A stretch of DNA of 53,993 bases, from the IMG/VR virus record IMGVR_UViG_3300012940_000005, positions 1-53,993 of that record, one strand, 5' to 3'. The notes under the pieces are model-generated. The model worked only from the letters and a program-made list of their open reading frames with translations, was not told the DNA's origin and did no database searches. Position numbers and translations under genes: made by a program. Shown piece after piece: positions 1 to 9,769 of this stretch (position 1 is its first letter; each line of letters opens with the position of its first letter). Source of the DNA: a virus. Lineage: Duplodnaviria; Caudoviricetes.

Positions 1-123
1 CACGGCGACGTACAGCGAGTGCGGGGCCAGCGGGTAATTGGTGGCGCCGACGTTCACCACGGCGTTGGTGACGTTTTCGGTGACGTAAACATCTATCACG
101 TCATCAACATCAAACACGGCCGC
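1..123. repeat. Terminal direct repeat identical to 53871-53993 (circular assembly overlap)
   Basis: First 123 nt match the last 123 nt; the baseplate J ORF reads through the join. Confidence 0.95.
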
Positions 124-756
124 GTAAATGGACGGCAGCGAGCCCCGCGCGTTCAGCGCGACCGATTGCGCGCGGCGGTAGGCGAAGGCCGCCTGTGACT
201 CCACGTCATTCCCCAGCACGCCGGGCGTTGGATTGTTGATGGTGTCCCAGCCGGGGATTGCCTTGTAAATCGCGGTCAGCGTGTTCGCCGGGCACGGGAT
301 GGGGCCGTCTTCCACGTTCGCAAACGCCAGCGTGATGCTGCCGCCGGCGGGGATGGTGCCAGCTTCCAGACTCACGTACAGGTTGCCGCTGGTGTCCTGC
401 GCCTGCGCACCGGCCGGTATGATGGTTCCCGCATTGCCGACGCAGACGCACTCCACCACCGTGGGCGCGCCCGGCTGCCGGTCAAGGAAATAGATGCGCG
501 CAATGGCGTCCTGCCAGATGCCGTCCGCGGTGTCGGGGTTGACGTTGTTCACCAGTTCCGACATGACGGCGTTGGCGTCGGCCACGATGGCGGCCGTGGA
601 ACTGGCAAGCTGGCCCTGCGGGGTTTCCAGCGCCATGTTCATGTTGCCGCCAAGGGCGTCATTGAAGTCCTGAAGGACGCCGGCAAGGACTTCGCTTTCC
701 TGCGGCACCACAAGGCCGTCATTCGTGAACTGAATGGGTGGGACGTTGGTTGCCAT
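1..756 (-). CDS. Baseplate J-like protein, 5' part (continues across the origin to 53415)
   Basis: ATG at 756 overlaps the upstream TAA; reads MATNVPPIQF...ETPQGQLA...PDTADGIWQDAIARIYFLDR and joins in frame with 53415..53987. Confidence 0.85.
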   Translation of the reverse strand, partial: MATNVPPIQFTNDGLVVPQESEVLAGVLQDFNDALGGNMNMALETPQGQLASSTAAIVADANAVMSELVNNVNPDTADGIWQDAIARIYFLDRQPGAPTVVECVCVGNAGTIIPAGAQAQDTSGNLYVSLEAGTIPAGGSITLAFANVEDGPIPCPANTLTAIYKAIPGWDTINNPTPGVLGNDVESQAAFAYRRAQSVALNARGSLPSIYAAVFDVDDVIDVYVTENVTNAVVNVGATNYPLAPHSLYVAV

Positions 757-1109
757 TATTGAATCGCCACTGTGCCGGTTGTGCCATCGCTGGCGGTGAA
801 CGTGACGGCGCCGCGCACCGTACGGGCTTCAAAGGATTCTATCACGCAGGCCGCCGTCTCCACTTCGGGCACGGACTTGGCCGCACGCACCATGTATTCC
901 CGGAAAAGCTGGACCGGCGGCGCCTGTCCCAAAATCTCCGTGAAGTAGGGGACGCCCTTGTTGTCGTCATACCAGAGTTCCCCGGAAAACAGCTTGATGG
1001 CGCTGGCCACATCCTGCGCGCGTTGGTAGGGCGCTTCGACCACCGCGAGGTTGCCGGCGGCATCCAGACACAGGTCCCACAACGTATTGTCCAGCAGCAG
1101 CGTTTTCAT
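756..1109 (-). CDS. Baseplate wedge protein (gp25/W-like)
   Basis: WDLCLDAAGNLA...LFSGELWYD..GVPY motif; lies between spike and J. Confidence 0.7.
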   Translation of the reverse strand: MKTLLLDNTLWDLCLDAAGNLAVVEAPYQRAQDVASAIKLFSGELWYDDNKGVPYFTEILGQAPPVQLFREYMVRAAKSVPEVETAACVIESFEARTVRGAVTFTASDGTTGTVAIQ

Positions 1110-1834
1110 GGCGACGGCGGCCCCGATGTTCCACTACCGGGCGTGACGCCGGTGTGCGTGTGAGTATGCAGGGCCGTACCTTGCGCCGTCACGTCGCCGC
1201 TGGGCACGTTGATGGACCCGTTTACGGTCACGTTCTGCTGAACGGTCAGGTTCTGGGCCATCGTCACGTCCCCGTCCGTCTGGTTCACATCCCCCGCCAA
1301 TTCGATTGTGGGGGCCTCCAGCCGGATTTTCTGCGGGGACACCACGTACACCCCGTCCGATGCGAAGCGGACGAACTGGACCGGCACAGCGTTCAACATG
1401 CCGCCGAAGTACAGGCCGTCCGCCATGCTGAACTGGCGCAGGCTGCCCGGTGGCGTCCCCTTGGCAGCGTCCGCGTTGGCCACGGCTGCCGGCGGGTCCG
1501 CCTTCACGGCGCTGATGTCCCGCGCGCAGAACCCCGCGGCGCCGATGTCCCCCGGCTGCGGGTCCAGAATTACGGCATTGGTTCCGCCCTGCATGCGCAG
1601 GTAGGGCAGCCGGTACAGGCGCCCATGGGGGATGACTTGACGGTCCCCGGTAAGCTGTCCCACCAGCGGCACCACGTCCACGAATCCGTACTGGGCCACG
1701 CCGCCGTTGTTCGTGCAGGACACCACCTGCACCAAGTCCATGGTGCGGATGCGGGACAGCAACTGCTGGACCACGAACTGGATGGCCAGATAGTCGTTGG
1801 CTACGTCGGCAGCGGTTTGAAGTGGGACAGCCAT
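1106..1834 (-). CDS. Baseplate central spike (gpV/gp45-like)
   Basis: P..GD.G...F..RDIS N-terminal motif, beta-rich C-terminus with HTHTH iron-binding tip; likely ATG at 1834. Confidence 0.8.
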   Translation of the reverse strand: MAVPLQTAADVANDYLAIQFVVQQLLSRIRTMDLVQVVSCTNNGGVAQYGFVDVVPLVGQLTGDRQVIPHGRLYRLPYLRMQGGTNAVILDPQPGDIGAAGFCARDISAVKADPPAAVANADAAKGTPPGSLRQFSMADGLYFGGMLNAVPVQFVRFASDGVYVVSPQKIRLEAPTIELAGDVNQTDGDVTMAQNLTVQQNVTVNGSINVPSGDVTAQGTALHTHTHTGVTPGSGTSGPPSP

Positions 1835-2715
1835 TACACCAGCACCCGCAGGCATTGCAGTTGCGTCATCCAGTTACCCTTTGGCGTGACGGACTCTAGC
1901 AGGTGTCGCAGCTTGAACGGGTACCACCGGCCTGTTGCCGCCGGAACGCTGGTCTGGAGTTCCACAGGCGTCCCACACTGGAACGCCGGATTGAAGATGG
2001 CCAGCACTTCCAGCCCGGCGCCGCTGTACTCCGGGTACCCGATCAGACCGGACTGGGGGTTCAGGATGACAGCCGGCTGGTTCTTCCGTGGTTGCCCCTG
2101 CGGAGTCACCAGCACTTCATTGCCAAGGAAGTAGAAATCTGCCCCGGCCGCCTGACACGCCTGCACCAGTTGGTCATACAGCGTGCCGTCAAAATAGGGG
2201 TTGGTCAGCACACCCGTGGCGCCGCCGTCCACGTAGGTGAAGCCCATGCGTTCCACGATGTCCGCGGCGGCCACGCCAATGTCCACCGTGAACGGGTAGC
2301 TGGTGGGCTCCACCGGCTGGATTTTCTGGAAGTACCCGGTGACGCCCAGCACTTGGAAGAACACGTCCGGCTGACCGCGATATATGGGCTGCGCTTCCTT
2401 GATGGTGCCGCTAAATACCTGCGTCCATCCGCGTTCCGGGTTGGGGTCGCCGTTGTCCTTGGCTTCCAAAATGACGATATGGTCAAGGACAATTGGCGGG
2501 TTCGCCCATGCGACCGTCAGCGCGTTCATGTCCGCCCGCTTCATGCCATAAATGCGGATGTCCGCTTGCGTGGCAAGGCGCGCGACCGCTTCAACCTTCG
2601 CCTGTACGCGCAGGCCGGTCAACACCAGCGTGTTGCTGTTCGTGCCGGGGAACACCTGATTGGTGCCCGACATGACGAACGTAACGCGCAGTTGTTTACC
2701 AATGAAGCTGTTCAC
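1834..2715 (-). CDS. Baseplate hub protein
   Basis: 293 aa upstream of spike; GLIGYP motif typical of hub proteins in this phage group. Confidence 0.7.
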   Translation of the reverse strand: MNSFIGKQLRVTFVMSGTNQVFPGTNSNTLVLTGLRVQAKVEAVARLATQADIRIYGMKRADMNALTVAWANPPIVLDHIVILEAKDNGDPNPERGWTQVFSGTIKEAQPIYRGQPDVFFQVLGVTGYFQKIQPVEPTSYPFTVDIGVAAADIVERMGFTYVDGGATGVLTNPYFDGTLYDQLVQACQAAGADFYFLGNEVLVTPQGQPRKNQPAVILNPQSGLIGYPEYSGAGLEVLAIFNPAFQCGTPVELQTSVPAATGRWYPFKLRHLLESVTPKGNWMTQLQCLRVLV

Positions 2716-3014
2716 AGGTCAGCCGCTTCCAAGTAGTACAGCACGTACCGCGAGCCCAGCCCGGTGTACTCCGGTTGCGTGTCGCCCTGCGTGTCCACGA
2801 ACAGCAAGTCCCCGACAAAAGGCCGGTACTGCACGTCAATGGCCAGCCGCTGTTTGTTGCGGGCCACTCGCGTCAGGAAGATGGGCACGCCGTTGACGGT
2901 AAGGTCAACAAAAATGTTGGCCCCGTTCTGACGCACGGCTATTTCACACGCCTGACCACCCAGAGTGATGGCGAAGGTTTGCGACGGCACAGGGTCCAGT
3001 GGTATGCGGATCAT
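2712..3014 (-). CDS. Small baseplate protein
   Basis: IPL.PVPSQ...L.GQ...GDL.F.DTQG..P.Y.GLG.RY.L.Y pattern; coupled overlaps with neighbours. Confidence 0.65.
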   Translation of the reverse strand: MIRIPLDPVPSQTFAITLGGQACEIAVRQNGANIFVDLTVNGVPIFLTRVARNKQRLAIDVQYRPFVGDLLFVDTQGDTQPEYTGLGSRYVLYYLEAADL

Positions 3015-3724
3015 TGGTTCACCACTCCCGGAATATCCACGGCTGGAACCTTCAGCCCGGCCACGGTGCCCGTGTTCTGTACCGGAAGCGCTGACGGATT
3101 CTGCGCGTTCTTCGTGGTGACGGCTGTCTGGGTGTACTGCGCTTCAACGCTGCGGATTTCCCGGAAGTACAGGTCCACTTCAGTCAGGAAGTACGCGCCG
3201 CCCGCGCCCCGCCGGATGATTTCATGGCGGATGGGGTTCACGTTGATGTAGGTACGTTCAGGCGTCAGGATGTAGTACAGCGTGGTGGTGCCAATGATGG
3301 CATCAATTTGCGCCAGAAAGTCTTCACGGTCCTGCACGCTGCCGCCCTTGCTGAAACGGACGTACGCTTCGTACGGCTGCGCCACCTTGTTGTAGCTGGC
3401 GAAGTCTCCGTCTTGTAGGGGGTAGTCGGAAACTTCGTACTCTTTTCGGTACCCGAAGTCCAACACGCTGTCCGGCGTCACCACAGGCCGCGCCTGCGCC
3501 CGCACCGTAACGGTGGGGACGCCATCTTCTTCCGTGGGCGGCGCAACCATGCGGTACACGCCCCACTTTGGCTGCGCGAACAAGGCGCGCCACAACGCCC
3601 CGACCGCCGCGGCCGTACCCAACACGGGGCCGGGATTCGCGGGGAAGTTGGACGAACGCAAAAGCTGCGGCACGCCGGGCAGGCGCGGCACGTTCGGGAA
3701 CTGCGGCTTGGGAATGATGGCCAT
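3011..3724 (-). CDS. Tail tube initiator/Dit-like baseplate protein
   Basis: Directly after tape measure; SDYP...G.FASYNKV..P motif. Confidence 0.65.
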   Translation of the reverse strand: MAIIPKPQFPNVPRLPGVPQLLRSSNFPANPGPVLGTAAAVGALWRALFAQPKWGVYRMVAPPTEEDGVPTVTVRAQARPVVTPDSVLDFGYRKEYEVSDYPLQDGDFASYNKVAQPYEAYVRFSKGGSVQDREDFLAQIDAIIGTTTLYYILTPERTYINVNPIRHEIIRRGAGGAYFLTEVDLYFREIRSVEAQYTQTAVTTKNAQNPSALPVQNTGTVAGLKVPAVDIPGVVNQ

Positions 3725-5196
3725 TACTGCATGCCCTGTTCAGCGTGGGATGCGAACAGCTTACGCTGCAACGCGCTGTCCATGTCGGCCGCCATCGCCT
3801 GCGCGTCCTTCGCCTGCGTGTTGACCGTCACGGAGTCAATTTGCACGTTGGTGCTGCTGGTGGCGCCGCCCACTACGTTGGGGGATGCCGGCGCACTGGA
3901 CTGACCCATCAGGCGTTCCAAGTACGCATCATCCGCGCGAGCCCCCAGCATGTCGTCAATTTGGGCTTCCGTGGGCGCGCCCTTGCCCGATTCGTGGCGG
4001 AACATTCCGGCCATGACGGAGTGGTACTGCGACGGCAGCAACTGCTGTTTACGGTCCAGCCCGGTCCATTCTTCCAAGTTCTTCAGGTAGGCTTCCACGT
4101 CGTTGCCGTCCTTGGATGGCGCCCACGTGTTGACAATCTTTTCCATGGTGTCAATGCCGCGTTCCGCGTAGCGCCCCAGTTGGGCTTCAGCAGCCGCCAC
4201 GCCTTCTTCCATGGTGCCGAACACGCGGAAGCCTTCGCGGTCGCGCATCTGGTTGCCCACAGCCTTCAGGTTGCCGGGGTTGTTGTTGCGCAGGCCGCGC
4301 GTGGTTCCGCTCGCTTTCAGCGCCCAGCTTTCCAGCGCTGTGCCGGCGTTACTTGCCGCATTGGTCAACTGGTCCAACGCTTCGCTGGGTTTGCCGCCGG
4401 ACAGCTTTTCAATGAAGTTGTTGACGCCTTCCTGAATGCCGCCGGCCGTGTTCATGCCGCGCACCTTCAGCGTTTCCAGCGCTTGGTCCTTGCCGATGCT
4501 CGCGCGGCGGATGTCTTCCGCTTTCTGTAGGTCCCCGGCTTCAATCTGTCGGCGCTTTTCCTGCGCGGCCAGTTCAGCTTCCACGCCGGTGCGGCCGGAC
4601 AGCAGCAGGTTGGCGGTGCCTTGGTCAAAGCCCGCCTGTTGCAGAAACTGGAACGCGTTTTCACGGGTCATGCCCTGCGCCTGCGCCTTCTGGATGGCGT
4701 CAGCAGTGTCCAGCGCAATGTCCTTGAAACTACGCGCGGCCCCCGTGGTGGTCTGGAACTGCACGCCCAGACGCGCGAGCATGACCAAGCTGTCAGACAT
4801 TTGGCCGTTGTACGCAAGGTCAAACACGGCCTTGTTCAGCCCAGCGATGGACTGGCGCGCAGCTTCCGCGGTGCCGCCGGATGACTCCACCGCGTTTTCA
4901 AAGTTGCGCATTTCGTTCGCAGCTATGCCGTAGTTGCGGGCGTCAATGCCCAGCCGGCGCGTGCGTTCGGCCACATCGTCAATGATGGTGACGGCCTTTT
5001 TAACCGCGGCGATGGCGGCGGCGACGGACAGCCACTTGGCTGCCATCTTCGTCAGTTCGCCGCTGATGCCTTGCCCGGAGCGCTTTACCTTCTTTTCAAG
5101 GTCCAGCGTGGCGGCTGCGGCTTCTTTCTCTCCCTTCGTGAAGTCCTTGGGGTCCAGCCCCAGCTTCACTATCAGGGTGTCAATTACGGTTGGCAT
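3724..5196 (-). CDS. Tape measure protein with C-terminal lysozyme-like domain
   Basis: Ala-rich helical N-terminus; RGLRNNNPGNL...F.TME.G...WAP..HESG cell-wall hydrolase-like motif; follows the chaperone. Confidence 0.8.
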   Translation of the reverse strand: MPTVIDTLIVKLGLDPKDFTKGEKEAAAATLDLEKKVKRSGQGISGELTKMAAKWLSVAAAIAAVKKAVTIIDDVAERTRRLGIDARNYGIAANEMRNFENAVESSGGTAEAARQSIAGLNKAVFDLAYNGQMSDSLVMLARLGVQFQTTTGAARSFKDIALDTADAIQKAQAQGMTRENAFQFLQQAGFDQGTANLLLSGRTGVEAELAAQEKRRQIEAGDLQKAEDIRRASIGKDQALETLKVRGMNTAGGIQEGVNNFIEKLSGGKPSEALDQLTNAASNAGTALESWALKASGTTRGLRNNNPGNLKAVGNQMRDREGFRVFGTMEEGVAAAEAQLGRYAERGIDTMEKIVNTWAPSKDGNDVEAYLKNLEEWTGLDRKQQLLPSQYHSVMAGMFRHESGKGAPTEAQIDDMLGARADDAYLERLMGQSSAPASPNVVGGATSSTNVQIDSVTVNTQAKDAQAMAADMDSALQRKLFASHAEQGMQ

Positions 5197-5410
5197 GGGC
5201 AACCCGCTGGTTGTGTAGGTCCACTTTCAGAACTTCCAGCAGATTGTACGCGTCCTGCACGCCCAGCACAGTCTGGAGTTCAACCAGAGTGGCAAGGCGG
5301 GCCGACACCAGCGCCCCGACTATAGGGCGCACGTTGGCGTACTTCAGGAAGCCGGAGCCGCGGGCGGGGTGGTGTCCGTAGTCGATACGGCGCCGGCTAG
5401 TGAAAAACCC
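5180..5410 (-). CDS. Tail assembly chaperone -1 frame extension (gpT-like)
   Basis: -1 frame is open from the heptamer (5410-5404) to TGA at 5182-5180: FTSRRR...LATLVELQTVLGVQDAYNLLEVL. Confidence 0.8.
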   Translation of the reverse strand, partial: GFFTSRRRIDYGHHPARGSGFLKYANVRPIVGALVSARLATLVELQTVLGVQDAYNLLEVLKVDLHNQRVAHANRN

Positions 5411-5835
5411 AAGTGGAGTTCCAGCACTTCCGCGCGTAGCTTCAAGCGTGTGGCGATTTCCTCCACCTGACTGTATGGCCCGTCATTGATGGACTGGTCC
5501 GGCAGGCCCTTGCCGCCCGGCGGCCGGTACTGAACGCAGCCGAACATTTCGTCCAGCAGCGGCTTCAATTCCGACGCCTTCACGCCCGGCAGCATCTTCA
5601 GCCCGGCCACGAACAGCGCAGACGCCCAGCCCTTGCTGGCTTCCATGGTGGCCAGCCCGGCCATGGCAGAATCCAGCGCACCTTCCGGCAGACTCGCGCC
5701 GGAGTTCCCCAGCGCGATCAGCGCACGGAAGGCCCACCATTCGCCCTGATCCGCGGGCATTTCGGTGATGACAAAAGACTTGCCTTTGTCGCGGCCTTCG
5801 TCCGTTATCGTGACAACCTTGGTGCGGCGGCTCAT
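5344..5835 (-). CDS. Tail assembly chaperone (gpG-like)
   Basis: Between tube and TMP; ATG at 5835; G GGT TTT slippery site near the 3' end. Confidence 0.8.
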   Translation of the reverse strand: MSRRTKVVTITDEGRDKGKSFVITEMPADQGEWWAFRALIALGNSGASLPEGALDSAMAGLATMEASKGWASALFVAGLKMLPGVKASELKPLLDEMFGCVQYRPPGGKGLPDQSINDGPYSQVEEIATRLKLRAEVLELHLGFSLAGAVSTTDTTPPAAPAS

Positions 5836-6281
5836 TACACCACCACCGGCGCGGCCTGCACCGTTTCCCATGTGATTTCATAGGTAACGGGTTCCAGCAC
5901 CTTTTTGGCCGGCGGAATGGGGGTCAGGCGAGTCAGCACGCCTTTAACCAGCGCGTAGCTGTGTTCGGTCGACGGAAGCGTCAGAACGCCGTCAAGGAAG
6001 ATAACTTCCCGGATTGCGTCCTGCGCGCCAATCAGCGTTTCAAACGCCTGAATGGATGGGCTGTCCGCTTGCAGCGTGATGGTCTGCGGGGTCATGCGCG
6101 GGATGTAGCCGGCCGACATGCGGCCGTCCACGCCCATGCGCGCTTCCGCGGACACCACGGCGTCCGTGGCGAACGCATCGTCCGACGCGTAGCCCTGCAC
6201 CGCGAACGGCCCGGCAGGGAAAAGGCCAGCCAGCCGTGCCGTCAGAACAAGGCTGCTGTTTGCACTGGTGATGGTAGACAC
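5835..6281 (-). CDS. Tail tube protein
   Basis: 148 aa after sheath; MGVDGRMSAG, TLQADSPS motifs. Confidence 0.75.
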   Translation of the reverse strand: MSTITSANSSLVLTARLAGLFPAGPFAVQGYASDDAFATDAVVSAEARMGVDGRMSAGYIPRMTPQTITLQADSPSIQAFETLIGAQDAIREVIFLDGVLTLPSTEHSYALVKGVLTRLTPIPPAKKVLEPVTYEITWETVQAAPVVV

Positions 6282-6286
6282 GCGCT

Positions 6287-7795
6287 TTACTCCACGGCGA
6301 TGGACGACAGGTCAATTTTCTGGATGGACCCGCCGTCCGTATACCAGAACGTGATGGAAGGGGAGTCACGCAGCGCGCGGACTTCCGGCGGTGCGTCCTG
6401 AATCAGCAGGTACCAGCCCTGCGACTGGATGGTGTCCGCGATGTTCAGGCCGCCCGCGGCGTTGTTCACCAGCGCCCGCTGTTGCGAACTGAGGGTGACG
6501 CCGGCCACGATGGCGCCGAAATTGAGGAACACGCGGATGGGGTCCAGCAGGGCCGCGCGGATCAGGTTATAGCCGCGCGTCACGTACGGGATGGACTTGG
6601 CCTGCGTCAGCAGCGTGATTAGCGCAAGCTGAAACGCGGAGTTCATCAGAATCTGGTTGACGTACGTGTCAGCCCAGCCCCATTCACCCGAAATGGAACC
6701 GTCTTGGAAAAACTGGAAGTTGTCATTGGCCGTGGCCACGGCGACGTACGCACAGTACCCGTTCGCAATCAGGTTGCTGTACGTGGTCGCGTCAGTCACG
6801 TCCGGGATAAGCCCGGCCTGACCCTTGTACGCGTACGTCAGGCGGCCGTTGGTTTCGTTCCGGTTGATGGACGCAGTGGCACCGCAGAACCACGCGGCCT
6901 TCGCCACAGCCCCGGTGATGCCCGACAGGCCCCAGATGGCCACACGGCCGTCAAGGTTGGCCGTCTGCCGCGCGAAGCTGCTGGGCGCGTCACCGTTCGC
7001 CGGAGCGGCTTCGGTGTCCCACCCTACATAGACGTACCGCTCGCCCTGCGCGCTGATGGCGGTGGCCCATGCCACCTTATCGTCCGCGTCCGGCTCCCAC
7101 ACGGTCATGAGCGTGACCCAGTTCTGGTTCAGGTTGACCAGTAACGCCACCTGTGCGGCCGGCGTGGTCGCATCGGCGCCCTGCGACGTGACGGCGCCCT
7201 GTGCGGCCTGCAACTTGAGGCCCGCCGCCAGCGTGCCGGTGGCGAAGCCGATGGTGGACGTGGCGCCTGTGGTGTCCGAACGAACCACGAACGCGGAGCG
7301 CAGCGCGTCCCACACGCACGTGGCCGTGGACGCCGGGGTGCCCGCCTGAATGCCGGTCTGGATCAGGGCCGCCGCGTTCGTGAAGCTGGTGGCGCCAGAA
7401 AGGTTGATTGCGGCCGACGTGCTGGACACGCCGTCCACTGAAATGGTCAGGTTGCCGGACAGGGCCTGAAGCTGGGCCAGCGTCATTCCCGCGAGGCTGC
7501 CGCCGCGCAGATACGCGCCCACGGCGGCGTCCGGGTACTGCTGGAAGTACAGCAGGCCGGGCAGCAGCGAAGCGCCAGCGAACCCGTTGAAGTAGATGGC
7601 CGCCAGTTGCGCTTCGTCCGACGCGGGACCGAACCACGCGGCAACATCCGCCTGCGTGGCGAAGGACTTCACCGTGCCAATGGGTATTGACGTGTCCTTG
7701 GTCTGAAACACAGCGTTGGGGGACAGGGGATTGCCACCCGCCTGCAACACGCTGGGGATGACGTTGACAAACTGGTTGGCCGGGATGGAAGTCAT
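6287..7795 (-). CDS. Contractile tail sheath (DUF3383-like)
   Basis: 502 aa; ending R..R.SP..TFWYTDGGSIQKI typical of this family. Confidence 0.85.
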   Translation of the reverse strand: MTSIPANQFVNVIPSVLQAGGNPLSPNAVFQTKDTSIPIGTVKSFATQADVAAWFGPASDEAQLAAIYFNGFAGASLLPGLLYFQQYPDAAVGAYLRGGSLAGMTLAQLQALSGNLTISVDGVSSTSAAINLSGATSFTNAAALIQTGIQAGTPASTATCVWDALRSAFVVRSDTTGATSTIGFATGTLAAGLKLQAAQGAVTSQGADATTPAAQVALLVNLNQNWVTLMTVWEPDADDKVAWATAISAQGERYVYVGWDTEAAPANGDAPSSFARQTANLDGRVAIWGLSGITGAVAKAAWFCGATASINRNETNGRLTYAYKGQAGLIPDVTDATTYSNLIANGYCAYVAVATANDNFQFFQDGSISGEWGWADTYVNQILMNSAFQLALITLLTQAKSIPYVTRGYNLIRAALLDPIRVFLNFGAIVAGVTLSSQQRALVNNAAGGLNIADTIQSQGWYLLIQDAPPEVRALRDSPSITFWYTDGGSIQKIDLSSIAVE

Positions 7796-8322
7796 GGCGG
7801 GTAGCTCACGTCCACGTTGATAAGGTTCGCGTTCAGCGCGTCGGCAAATTCCTGCGGCGTGCTGGTCACTGGGTTGTACTGTAGCACGCCGGTGACGGTC
7901 CAGCGCTCAAGGTACTGTTCTTCCCCTGTCACCAGCGGCACCATACGGCCTTCATCAGCGTACAACGGCGCGCACGTTGGCGCCAGAGCCCGGCAAGCGT
8001 ACTCCGTTCGCCACATGTCGCTGACCATGCCTGCCCAGTCGCCTGCGGGCTCCCCATAGAAGTCCATCTGGAAGTCTATGCGGACGCCGGTTTCTGTTTC
8101 GATTCGCGAGCCCGGCAGCGGGAAGGGGTCCACGTCACGTTCCACGCCTGTGCGGAGCCGCGCCCGGTAAATGGGCGTCAGAATCCCATGGGGGACCGCC
8201 GGCTGGGCCACGCGATTCAGCGGGCCGCGAAGCAGCGGTGTTCCCACGGGAACAATTCCGGTGACGTAGGCCAGCACCTTCAGGTACACCGCGTCAAGGT
8301 TTGGGGCTACGGTCAGGGGCAT
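7792..8322 (-). CDS. Tail terminator/neck protein
   Basis: Q.DFYG, PLYAD, EEQY..RW...LQYNP motifs; likely ATG at 8322. Confidence 0.7.
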   Translation of the reverse strand: MPLTVAPNLDAVYLKVLAYVTGIVPVGTPLLRGPLNRVAQPAVPHGILTPIYRARLRTGVERDVDPFPLPGSRIETETGVRIDFQMDFYGEPAGDWAGMVSDMWRTEYACRALAPTCAPLYADEGRMVPLVTGEEQYLERWTVTGVLQYNPVTSTPQEFADALNANLINVDVSYPP

Positions 8323-8326
8323 GACA

Positions 8327-8740
8327 TCACGCTGGCGGGGCTTCCGGCTGAAGGACAACGCCAACCTTACACCAGCCGGCGCTGTCTGGGGTCCACGTCT
8401 CCAACACGGCCACCACCAGCCACACGCGGTTCGCACCGCCCCGGTCCGCCGGGAACACCAGCAAGTCACCGCCGGTGCCGTCCGGGCGCGCAACGCCTTG
8501 GATGTTCCCGAAGGCGTACACGGCGCGCTTCACGCCTTGCATGCTGTTGAACGCTTCGTGGCGCAAGTCCTTCCCGGTCAGGGCCTGCACCTGCATGCGC
8601 GTGTTGGGATGATCCGTGTACGCCGGCACCTGTCGCCCATTCGCTGGGTCCGTGGTGTACCCGGTGGACTCGCGCCACAGGCCCGTAATATCTGGGTTCA
8701 CGGTGTTGATGGCCGGGCGGACGATGCTGTGCAAGTTCAT
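8327..8740 (-). CDS. Head-closure/head-tail adaptor
   Basis: MNLH.IV...I..VNP, QVQAL, GGDLL.F...W.V..VLE.W motifs; neck position. Confidence 0.7.
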   Translation of the reverse strand: MNLHSIVRPAINTVNPDITGLWRESTGYTTDPANGRQVPAYTDHPNTRMQVQALTGKDLRHEAFNSMQGVKRAVYAFGNIQGVARPDGTGGDLLVFPADRGGANRVWLVVAVLETWTPDSAGWCKVGVVLQPEAPPA

Positions 8741-9237
8741 GTGGATACCCTGTAGGTGACAGACTTCACCATGATGCCTTCGTCAATCAGGGGTTTGTTG
8801 AACCCCTTCACCGCGATGGTAAACGCTGCGTTGGGCGGGCTGTCCCAGTCGCGGATGGATTGCACAAGCTGCCCCTGTATGCCCATGCCCATCTGGGTCA
8901 GCGCCCGCTTGGCATCGTAGTTTACGGCCTTCAGCACGTATGCCAGCGAGTCCGGCCACTGCGCAGACTTTTCAGCAATCATGGTGCGGAAGAATGGCCG
9001 CGCGGGGCTTTTCTTCGTGCCAAATTCGTTCCAGAACGCAACCTGTGCAACGGAACGCGTGGTCCGTTTTGGACTGACACGGTGGTCAACACGGGTGGAA
9101 TATGCGGCGGGGTACTGCGCGTCAGCGTCAAAGCCGACGTTGACCGCTGTGGCAGTCTTCAGCTTGCCTTCCATCTTCTTCAGGACACGGCGCATTTTGT
9201 CGCCGCCCTGAAATGACAGGGATATTGCTTTGGCCAC
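8737..9237 (-). CDS. Neck/tail-completion protein (HK97 gp10-like)
   Basis: WNEFGT...PARPFFR, PPNA..TI..KG..KPLID motifs. Confidence 0.75.
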   Translation of the reverse strand: MAKAISLSFQGGDKMRRVLKKMEGKLKTATAVNVGFDADAQYPAAYSTRVDHRVSPKRTTRSVAQVAFWNEFGTKKSPARPFFRTMIAEKSAQWPDSLAYVLKAVNYDAKRALTQMGMGIQGQLVQSIRDWDSPPNAAFTIAVKGFNKPLIDEGIMVKSVTYRVST

Positions 9238-9240
9238 GGG

Positions 9241-9762
9241 TCAGCACCCGCAGCCGCCGTCCCCAAAGCCGGGGTCAACTACACCGGGGCGGCCATATCC
9301 GGGGCCGAGGCTCCCGAAGTCCGCACACACGGGTGGCGCCGGCACGTACCGCATGGTGCGGTACTTCGCGGTGGACTGCCAATACATGGCGCCCCACTGG
9401 GTTTGCAGGTAGTACGCTTGACCGTACACCACGGTGCCCATGTCCGTACCGACTGACACGGACCCTTCCTGCGCGTGGTTGACGCGGCCTACCACGCCCG
9501 CGGGCGGGTTGCCGTTTTCACCATCCTTCAGCGCGGTGATGTGCGCCACCAGCAGGTTCAGCAGCAGTTCGCGTTCCGCAGCGTTGCGCACGCGCGAGCC
9601 ACACGAATTGTTCAACTGGAGCGTGGCCAGTTGAAACGAAAGGTTCAGCGCCGGGTCCGCCACGGTGGCGAACGAAGTGAACGCCGCTTTGAACGCGGCG
9701 GGGTCGAATACCACAACGCCGCGCGGGGGCGCGGACGGTGGCGGACACGGGCTGATGGTCAT
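9241..9762 (-). CDS. Head-tail connector (DUF4054-like)
   Basis: FD...F...F..F, LL.LLVAH, GR....EGSVSV, QT.WG..YW; likely ATG at 9762. Confidence 0.8.
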   Translation of the reverse strand: MTISPCPPPSAPPRGVVVFDPAAFKAAFTSFATVADPALNLSFQLATLQLNNSCGSRVRNAAERELLLNLLVAHITALKDGENGNPPAGVVGRVNHAQEGSVSVGTDMGTVVYGQAYYLQTQWGAMYWQSTAKYRTMRYVPAPPVCADFGSLGPGYGRPGVVDPGFGDGGCGC

Positions 9763-9769
9763 GGCGGCG

